From Bilabrum cf. latius (lineage: Eukaryota), in the NCBI GenBank assembly GCA_965178125.1, contig OZ237754.1:682001-746000 (forward strand): a stretch of 64,000 bases of DNA. The letters are read 5' to 3'. A program made the translations under genes and the position numbers. The notes below the pieces were generated by a model. It was given only the letters and a program-made list of their open reading frames with translations, was not told the DNA's origin and did not search any database. Positions 39,706 to 48,987 of the stretch are shown piece after piece; the first letter of the stretch is position 1; each line of letters opens with the position of its first letter.

Positions 39706-42700
39706 ATGTCATCGTCCCATCTTTCACGGCTAGAACACCTCGATTTAATTAGCAGAGTGTGCAGTGAGCTCGATGCAACGCTTGGCATGGCTGATCGGGA
39801 CCTGGCCGAGTTTATTGTCCAACTGGCGAAGGACAACCCCAGTGAATCGTCATTTGCGAAAGAATTGTCGGAAATGGACTCAGACATTAGTAGATAGGTA
39901 GCGGCAAGGCTATTTCGCACGGCGTCTGGAGCCGCGGGTGGTGCGCAAGGGCCGTAGGCTGCCAGCCGCGGGGGCACCACGGTCACGCTGCCCCGTGGGC
40001 CGGCTTCGGACACGCCCCGCCCACCCACAGAGGATGGCTCTCGGTAGGGTACAAGTAGGCGGCGGTCGAGGTTCGGGCCCGCGGCGGACGATGCCGCGGA
40101 GGGTGGCGACAGCCGGGAGCGGCGACACCAGGGGGCAGTCCCGCCTTCGCTCCCAGCTCTCAACGGCAGCGCAGCGGGTCCCCCAAGCCATGGTGCGAGC
40201 CGCCCAGCAGGCAGGCTACCGCCATCCGGAACTGCCACCATTGCCCCGCGGGCCGTCCTCCGCGGCACCATCTCGGCGCACTCGCCCTATGGGGCCTTTG
40301 TGAGGCTGCACGGGACTAGCGCGCCGGGCCCCGACGGTGGGGAGGGCGAGGGACTCGTGCCTCTGCGGAACCTGCCCGGCGCCGCGGCCACCGCCGCCGA
40401 CTTGCCGCCGGTGGGCACGCAGGTGTGGGTGCGCGTTGCCTCTGTGGCTGCGGGCGGCGAGCGGGTGACCCTGTCCATGCGGGGGCTGGACCAGGCATCG
40501 GGGGCCGAGGTGGAAGAGACCCGCGGCGCCGCGACGGGTAGTTCCGCAACCGGCGGTGCGCCGACGTACGGCTCCCTTCCCCCGGCATCTTCGGGCGCTG
40601 GGACATACCCACCGCACAACTCTTCCTCGTCCTCGTCCTCGTCCTCGTCGTACGCTGCTGTGGGTCGGCCGGGTGCCCATCCCGGCTCGGGATCGGGATC
40701 GGGGTCGGGCGCGGTGGGCGGCGCCGAGGCAGCGGCGCTGGCTGCCGCAGCGGCCCGCACCCGCCGCGCCCGCAAGCGCGTCCCCTCCCCTGAGCGGTTC
40801 GAGGTGGAGCAGCTGATCGCCTCTGGCGTGCTGCCCCCCGAGGCACACCCTGAGTACGACGAGGAGCACGGGCTGATGCACGTGGAGGAGAAAGGGGCCG
40901 ACGAGGAATTCGAGGTGGAGCTGGTGGAAGACGTGCCCGCTTTCCTGGAGAACATCTCGCAGGACAGGCAGGCGCGGGAGATGTCCCCCGTGCAGGTGGT
41001 GCGCAACCCCGACGGCACCCTGCAGCGCGCGGCCATGACCCAGTCGGCGCTGGTCAAGGAGAGGAGGGAGCTCAAGTACGTGCAGCACCAGCAGCTGCTC
41101 GAGTCCATCCCCAAGGACCTCTCGAGGCCTTGGGCAGACCCCATGTCCGGGGAGCAGGACAAGCACCTGGCGGCGGAGCTGGCGGGCGTGGGTGCGAGCT
41201 TCAACGGGCCGGCCTGGAAAGAGGAGCAGATGAAGAAGGCGGTGGCGTACGGCAAGCAGTCCTCGCAGCCCTTGCAGGAACAGAGGCGCAGCCTGCCAGT
41301 GTACCGGCAGAGGCCCGAGCTCATGTCCGCGATCCGAGGGAACCAGGTGCTGGTGGTCGTGGGCGAGACGGGCAGCGGCAAGACGACCCAGATGCCTCAG
41401 TACTTGCTGGAAGATGGGTATGCGCACGGCGGGGGAATCATCGGGTGCACGCAGCCCAGGAGAGTGGCAGCCACCTCGGTGGCGAAGCGTGTGTCGGAGG
41501 AGGTGGGGTGCAGGCTTGGGGAACAGGTGGGGTATTCGATCCGGTTCGAAGACTGCACCAGCAAGGAGACTTTGATCAAGTACATGACAGACGGCATGCT
41601 CATGCGTGAGTACCTCGCAGACGCGCGGCTGGGCCGCTACAACGTGCTCATCTTGGACGAGGCGCACGAGCGCACCATCAACACGGACATCCTCATGGGG
41701 CTGCTCAAGGACCTTCTGCGCGCCCGGCGCGATCTCAGGCTCATCGTCACGTCGGCCACTCTCGAGGCCAAGAAGTTCTCCGATTTCTTCTTCGGATGTC
41801 CCGTGCTCAAGATCCCCGGGCGCACCTTCGACGTCAAGACGCTCCACGTCAAGGAGCCCGAGGAGGACTACGTGGAGGCGGCGCTCCGGACCGTCATGCA
41901 CATCCACGTCAAGGAACCGAAGGGCGACATCCTCGTCTTCCTCACGGGGCAGGAGGAAATCGACTACGCCTGCGAGAAGCTCCACCAGCGCATGCAGGAG
42001 CTACCCAAGGACGTCCCCGAGCTCATCATCCTGCCCGTCTACGGGGCCCAGCCATCCGAGATGCAGTCCAGGATCTTTGAGCCCGCGCCCCCGCTCACCC
42101 GCAAGTGCATCGTGGCCACCAACATCGCCGAGGCATCGCTGACCATCGACGGGATCTACTACGTCGTGGACCCGGGCTTCTGCAAGCAGAAGGTGTACAA
42201 CGCGAAGCTCGGCATGGACTCGCTGCAGGTGGTGCCCATCTCGCAGGCCAGCGCGATGCAGAGGGCAGGGCGCGCGGGCCGCACGGGGCCCGGCAAGTGC
42301 TTCAGGCTATACACCAAGGCAGCCTTCGAGACGGAGATGCTGCCCGCCAGCGTGCCCGAGATCCAGCGCAGCAACCTCGCCCAGGTGTGCCTCCAGCTCA
42401 AAGCTATGGGCGTGCATGACGTCAGCAAGTTCGGGTTCATGGACCCCCCCACGGACCAGGTGCTGGCGGCCGCCCTCGAGCGGCTGTACGTGCTGGGGGC
42501 CCTGGACGAGGAGGGGCTGCTCACTCGCATTGGGAGGCGCATGGCGGAGTTCCCGCTGGACCCCGCCCTGGCCAAGGTGCTGATCCTGTCGGTGGACCTG
42601 GGGTGCAGCGAGGAGGTGCTCACCGTGGTGGCAATGCTCTCGGTGGACCAGGTCTTCTACCGGCCCAAGGACAAGCAGAGCGCCGCCGACCAGAGGCACG

Positions 42701-43260
42701 CGCAGTTCTACACCGCGGAAGGGGATCACATCACGCTGCTCAACGTGTACAAGAAATGGGAGGCCGCCAAGTTCAACACGGGCTGGTGCTTCGAGAACTT
42801 CCTGCAGGCCCGCTCCCTTCGCAAGGCGGCCGATGTCCGCAAGCAGCTGCTGGGCATCATGGACAGGCACAAGCTGGACGTCGTGTCATGCGGCCGCAAG
42901 CACGACCTGGTCCGCAAGGCCATCGTGGCGGGCTATTTCCCCAACGCCGCCAAGAAGGACCCCACGGAGGGGTACAAGACCCTGGCGGACGGACACCCCG
43001 TGTACATCCACCCCGGGTCGAGCCTGTTCCAGAGGCAGCCCGAGTGGGTCATCTACCACGAGCTCGTGCTCACCTCCAAGGAGTACATGCGCTCCGTGAT
43101 GGCCGTGGATGCCAGGTGGCTCGTGGAGCTCGCACCCCGCTTCTTCCAGAAGGCAGACGCCACGAGGCTCAGCCGCCGCAAGCGCCGCGAGAAGATCGAG
43201 CCGCTGTACGACCGGTTCAACCCGCCCGACCAGTGGCGCCTCTCCAAGCGGATGCAGTAA
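39706..43260 (+). CDS. DHX8: Pre-mRNA splicing DEAH-box helicase DHX8/PRP22 (PWI-like N-terminus, S1 domain), 3 in-frame TAG
   Basis: [25 protein letters not shown]-terminus, S1 (RGTIS..PYGAFV), [55 protein letters not shown]. TAGs at 39895, 39955 and 40045. TAA stop 43258-43260. Confidence 0.97.
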
Positions 43261-43389
43261 CCGCGAGTAGTGCGGGTACGGGCCTGGCTCTGGCTTCCTG
43301 TCTGCGTCCCGTTCGTGTGTGTTTGCATGTAGGTTTCTACGGAACGGATCGACTGTCTCTAACAGCTTACCATTCTGCCGCGGCGCCCG

Positions 43390-43773
43390 TCACACGGCTA
43401 GAATCATTGCCGTAACGCTCGCATGCACCTCAGAGTTTGCCGTGTGCACGTACTCGATAATCCCGTCGCTTGACGCATCCATGTACGACGATGTGGCGTC
43501 GTGCACGCCGGCTCCGGAGCCACCTTCAAAGACAGTCGTGTGCAAGACAACCTTCAAGTTCGATCCCTTCCGTCGCATCCTTTCCATCACTAGGGCGCTA
43601 ATTCGGTCCGCCAACTCTCTCGCTTCGCTGTGGTCGTACGACTTTTCCTTGAGCACGTGAGAGCACACCCGTTTGAGCAGCTTGGTGGCGTACTCTTCAA
43701 CATCGGCGAACTCGTACGCTTCATCCTCCACTGATTCCTTCTCTTGGTGGCTGGTCTTTGACTCTGAAGCCAT
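43390..43773 (-). CDS. Tctex-1 family dynein light chain
   Basis: 127 aa: VCSHVLKEKSYDHSEARELADRIS...LKVVLHTTVFE..GAGVHDATSSYMDASSDG matches the Tctex-1 pattern. TGA stop. Confidence 0.75.
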   Translation of the reverse strand: MASESKTSHQEKESVEDEAYEFADVEEYATKLLKRVCSHVLKEKSYDHSEARELADRISALVMERMRRKGSNLKVVLHTTVFEGGSGAGVHDATSSYMDASSDGIIEYVHTANSEVHASVTAMILAV

Positions 43774-43965
43774 TTTAGACGCAACTGGCAAGCTGCAAGC
43801 TAATACTAGTCAGGCCTGCAACTGGCTGACAATTTAGATCCCACGAACCGAAACGACGGATTACAGGTGTGATGAGTGTACTGCAATTGGTAAAGATGAA
43901 GCTAAATATCAGATGCGTCCGGCTTCCTTCGACACCCATTAACGTATCTTTGAACGAATTTTGGA

Positions 43966-46746
43966 ATGTGTGGAATCATTGCATTCATGTAAGTATAAAA
44001 TTAGGTGCAAATTGGCCGATATTTTGACTGAACCGATGGGAAGGGGATGAACCCCGAGTTTCTGAATTGGCGGTTTCGGCGCAAGGTGCGGGTGGTCTCA
44101 TGTAGCCCTTGCATGTTGAGGGTGGCACGGCTTTAAGCTGTTGAGGACTACAGCGTAGTATGATCAACTGGATATGAGGAGCCTGCGTGCTAACTCTGGC
44201 AGTGCCTTGAAGCCAGAGATGTGTCGCATGGTGGAGTTGGCGCTGCGTGCCCAAAGCGCAAAGCGGCTGCACATGGAGCTGCGCAGCCTCTTGTCGCGAG
44301 TTTATCGCCTGCAAGTGAATACACGCTATAGTCCACGCGAATGAATGGGCATTCTTGAGTGTCGGGTCTATCCCCTTTGGTGCACAGCGTTACCGGCACC
44401 GCTCGGCGAGCTGCTTCGATCAGTCGGCCTATCATGCACCCCACGGTCACTTCTCTCGCTCCCCGCTCTCTATCAGAATATACTTTACCTCGCAGTGGTA
44501 GCCGCCAGGCCCTGGAACTCCTCATCAAGGGTCTGGTGCGCATGGAGTACCGGGGCTACGATTCCTCCGGGGTAGGCATTCTGAAGCGCGGAGCCGAGGG
44601 GGAGCCGAACACGATCCAGGTGGTCAAGAGGAAGGGTAAGATCGTAAACCTGAAGAGCGCGGTAAGCGGCGGCCTGGAAGGCACCCTCGGGGTGGCGCAC
44701 ACCCGCTGGGCCACTCACGGGGCCGCCAACGACGTGAACGCGCACCCGCACTGCTCCCCCGACGGACAGGTGTGCGTGGTGCACAACGGCGTGATCGAGA
44801 ACCACGCCCTCCTCCGCAGCGTGCTGCAGGGCAAGGGCTACAAGTTCCGGTCCGAGACCGACACCGAGGTGCTCTGCAACCTCATCCACGACGTGCGGGC
44901 CAGCGCCCCCATGCTCACTCCCGAGGAGGTGGTGACCGCCGCGCTGTCACAGGTGGAGGGGGCATTCGGGATCGGGGTCATCTTCGCGGACCAGCCCGAC
45001 GTGCTCATCGGCGCGCGGCGAGGCTCTCCGCTGATCCTGGGCATAGTCAGCGATGGGACGGAGGGGGAAGGCAAGGAGGGCGAGGGCAAGGGGCACGAGT
45101 ACATCCTGGCCTCTGACGCCACTGCGATTCTCGAGTACACCAAGCGGGTGGTGTACCTGGGCGAGGGCGAATTGGTGCGTGCCACGAGGACGGGCATGGA
45201 GCTGTTCTCTCTGGATGTGGACGAGTCTGGGCACATCCACCACGCCGGGCACGAGTCTGCCAAGGAGGTCGCGGGGGTCGAGGGGGGGGAACAGGCGGAG
45301 GAGGGGGAGGGGGAGATGGGTGGTGGCGATGGACCCGCGAGCGGGGCTGGTCATGCCACGGCCGGATTGGGCGTGGTGGGTCGGATGTCTCCCCTGCTGA
45401 AGCCCAAGCCCAAGGGGGACGGGGAGGCGGCAGGGGGCGACCGCAAGAAGCAGGCCAGGCAGTCGCTGAAGGGTCTCTCCAGGCGCATCCCAGAGATCCA
45501 CCGCCTGGAGATGGACCTGCAGAAGATCGAGAGGGGCGGACACAAGCACTTCATGCTCAAGGAGATCTTCGAGCAGCCCGAGGTGCTGAGGAACTGCATG
45601 CGGGGGAGGGTTGACGCAGAGGCGGGGTCCATCCGCATTGGGGCCATGAGCGAGAGGCTGCCCCCCAGGGCGGGGGCGGGGACCGGCGGGGCAGCCACGG
45701 GGGGTGCTGGTGCTGCGGCGGCAGCTGCAGGGGAGGGAGTGGAGGTCGGGCCCACCGTCCTGGAGCGGTTCCTGGCTGCGCGGCGCCTTGTGATCGTGGC
45801 CTGCGGAACCTCCTTCCACTCGGGCCTGGTGGGCGAGTACCTGATCGAGAGCCTCGCACGCATCAATGTGGAGGTGGAGTACGCCTCTGAGTTCAGGTAC
45901 AGGAATCCGCTGCTGGACGAGAACGACGTGGTGATTGCCGTGTCCCAATCGGGGGAGACGGCGGACACGCTCGCAGCCATCCGGCTCGCGCAGGAGCGGG
46001 GCGCGCTCACCTTTGGGCTTGTCAACGTCATCGGGTCTAGCATCGCAAGGGAGACAGACGCAGGGGCCTACCTGAGGGTGGGTCCCGAGATCGGGGTGGC
46101 TTCCACCAAGGCCTTTACCGCCCAGGTGTGCGTATTCACTATGCTTGCCCTGCTGCTGGGCAAGGAGAAGGGCACCATGTCCGATGAAGACTTCAAGGCG
46201 GGGGCGGCGGCTCTGTGGGCCATCCCCGACACGATCGAGAGGGTCCTGACGGAGAACAAGGGACCTGTCATGGAGGTCAGCAGGAGCTTCCGTTTCGCTC
46301 AGAGCTTCTTGTACCTGGGTCGGGGGTACAACTACCCTGTGGCGCTGGAGGGTGCCCTGAAGCTCAAGGAAATCTCGTATATCCACGCAGAGGGGTATGC
46401 CGCCGCGGAGATGAAGCACGGGCCCATCGCGCTGATCGATGAGTTCATGCCCGTTGTGATGATCCTGCCGTCCTCTGACCCGACCTACGACAAGATCAAG
46501 AGCAATCTGGCAGAGGTGCGGGCCAGGTCAGGGGTGGTCATCTGCGTCACGGAGGAGAGCAACGAGCACATCGACGAGCTGGAGGCCCTGTGCGACTCGG
46601 TGATCACCGTGCCGGAGGTGCAGGACTGGCTGTCACCGCTCGTGACAGTGGTGCCTCTGCAGCTGCTGTCCTACTACATCGCGGACCTGAGGGGTTGCCC
46701 CGTGGACCAGCCCAGGAACTTGGCCAAGGCAGTCACCGTGGAATGA
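43966..46746 (+). CDS. glmS: Glutamine--fructose-6-phosphate aminotransferase (isomerizing), bacterial GlmS-like, 2 exons
   Basis: Exon 1 43966-43988 (MCGIIAF), intron 43989-44495 (GTAAGT...CGCAG), then IGSRQAL..KGL.RMEYRGYDSSG, AHTRWATHG, VHNG, SETDTEV, SQSGETADT, GVASTKAFT, ALKLKEISYIHAEG, PRNLAKAVTVE-TGA. Confidence 0.96.
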
Positions 46747-47036
46747 TTGTGGGAGGGGCGGTTGGTGAGCGGCGGGCACGGGGCGGCAAGGCCGCCAGGG
46801 GGGTTTGTTTGCTTCCCTCGTGCGCGGAACCTAGCGAATGCGGATCGAATCGAACGCATGCGCGGTCCTCGCGAGGGATGAAGAAACGCGCCATCGGAAG
46901 CATGGGCTGGTTTCAAAAAGAGTCAGAAGCCCTGCATGTGTCAGCGTGGATTGGTTGCAAAGTGATGTGTTTCGCAGCCATGCACTGCATCGATTCTGAA
47001 AAGACGGTCGAAACTGCAATGAAACTGGATGTTGAG

Positions 47037-47512
47037 TCAGCCACCGTGCACAATGATCCGGTTCTCCCTCTGTACGTAGATGCCCTCCTTGTACAGCCAG
47101 TCTCGGATTGCGACTCTGTGGTCACCCATTAGAATGATGGTGGGCCCGTGCACCCTGTCCGACTTCACAGTCGTAGAACAATGCAGCAACTTGCCCAAAC
47201 ACTTTGCCATATATTTCAAGTCCAAACTGCGTGCATGAAGCGGCACCAATTGTGTACAAAGCTAGCGTGCAACAATGCCCTGGTCTTCAAGGACGGCAAC
47301 CTGCTCTGCAGGGCTCGAATCGGCGCAAACTGATTCGATAGGGGCGCACCCCATTCTCACTCTTCATCCAAGCCAGTAACCGAGGTAATGGCCTTGCGCC
47401 GCGTTCGCTGCTGCGAGCGAATGTGCACCTTTGGAAGGTCTGTTCTTGTCCCCTGCGGGGCTGATTCCACGTTCATCAACTCCATTGTTCCACCTTCTGC
47501 TGCGCTTGACAT
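47037..47512 (-). CDS. Translation initiation factor eIF1/SUI1-like protein (divergent), 2 exons
   Basis: Exons 47512-47361 and 47226-47037: KVHIRSQQRTRRKAITSVTGLDEDLDLK..AK.L.K..HCSTTV...G..I.LMGDHR..IRDWL...I.VHGG-TGA. Confidence 0.85.
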
Positions 47513-47695
47513 GCTACTGCTTGATTCACTAATACTTTTACGGGTTGTACGACTCTTTATTCTTAGCTTAATCAGGTATAGAAGAGCAAGCCGCTGGATG
47601 TTGACATAACATCACACTACTGCCCCTACTTCCGGATTTTCGCATGGAAAACCAGACGGAACCGTGGACCCAAACCGACCTGCGAACTGGTGGGT

Positions 47696-48226
47696 ATGCC
47701 GAGTAAATTCGATGTCGATGTTAGTAAATAGAAGTCAACTGCGGAGGAGAAGGAGCCGCTGACTGCCCCGGCAGCAACGGGCGCGGGTGAATCGGGTGCA
47801 ACAGCACCGCCCGAGAGTTTCTAGCCGAGCAACTCTCCTTCTACAACGCCATCAAATCCCAAGGGGATACAAAACGCAATCTACTAGGCTACTATTGGTG
47901 AAGGTTTGCATCTGGGCAACGTATTTGTCCCTGCTGGGGTGCTCGCAGTTGGGGCCGCTGGTGCTGGTTTCTTGGTTGGAGGTCTGCCGGTAGCAGGGTT
48001 CTGCGCACTGCTTGGGGTCGCATTTCTTGCTATTCGAGCTGGGGCACACATGCCCGCAGGGAGCTCGAGCGGTGGCGGCGGTGGTTCGATGTCGAACGGA
48101 CGCGCGAACCGGAGGGGCAGGCGGGGGGGAGCGCGTGGAGGTGGCTCTGCTGGCGGCAAGCGGACCATGACGCTCCAGGACCTGCCGAGGGCCCCTGTCC
48201 GCAGCTGAGGCGGTGGGGCATGCTAA
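47696..48226 (+). CDS. Putative SelK/SelS-like membrane selenoprotein (3 TAG=Gln, candidate Sec TGA 48206-48208, TAA stop)
   Basis: Single frame from ATG 47696: hydrophobic segment(s), Gly/Arg-rich tail, then RTMTLQDLPRAPVRS-TGA-GGGAC-TAA. SECIS-like stem-loops lie downstream. If TGA is a stop, the CDS ends at 48208. Confidence 0.6.
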
Positions 48227-48545
48227 GCACGATGTACGATGCTGTGCCAGGCGCCCGTAAGGGGGATGTGAAGGCTTCAGCGCCACCCCTCCCCCTAGCA
48301 CGGCCTGGCACTCTCTCGATTATCGATCGTCGTGCTCTGCATGCCCCCCTGTCGCCCTCGCGGTGGTGGCTTTGATTCTCGCAGGATTGGGGTTAAGCGG
48401 TAGAGAGCCTATGGAGCATCGAATTGTAGCGTGCTCTTTCTTGCCGCCCCGTTCTCCTTGCCACCGTGCGCCGAAATAGGCAGGTACTAGGCTACCCACA
48501 CACTCATTGCATGCACCGGCACGACTATCGGAGACGTTCAGTCGT

Positions 48546-48683
48546 GCGGTGCATCACCGATGACGGCCGCCACGTCACGGCCTATTGGCCCTCTCTTGCT
48601 CCTTCCGAATCCGATCGGGGAGGGCGGAGCAAGTGAGGGCTGGCAGCGTGACGGCCTGAGGTCAAAGAGGTGCGGTGTGCTGC
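48546..48683 (+). promoter_or_regulatory. Candidate SECIS-like stem-loop in the 3' region of the putative selenoprotein gene
   Basis: Helix I gcggtgcatcacc / ggtgcggtgtgctgc; core ATGAC (48560) / TGAG (48657); helix II ggccgccacg / cgtgacggcc. The apical part is unusually long and has no obvious AAR. Confidence 0.4.
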
Positions 48684-48987
48684 ATTCGGCGCAGCATTCT
48701 TTTGGTGCCATTCTGTTGAAATGGAATATATCTTCTGCATTTCCGCCCCCGGAGCGATCAAATCAATCCACAACTTGAATGCAATCACGATGCGCGCTCT
48801 CGTCACGCCGTCGCCTGCGGTGTCGGGGGTGCTGTGCAGGGAGCTCCGCGACCGGCATTACCCATCTCGGTCACGCGGCATTGCCTTCCTAGCCTGGTTG
48901 CGATCGTTCATTGGCTGATCTGAGTTACAGGAAGAGGCGGCCGCACGCACTAGCACCAAGTGTATCCACTGCTGCTGCCACTTTGCA

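Noticed and set aside
44359-44495. ORF-track N-terminal extension of GlmS (MSGLSP...)
   Set aside because: It is intronic. The catalytic Met-Cys-Gly-Ile start lies in the upstream exon at 43966.
40216-46419. Long antisense ORFs opposite DHX8 and glmS
   Set aside because: Expected from high GC3 codon bias; no motifs recognised.
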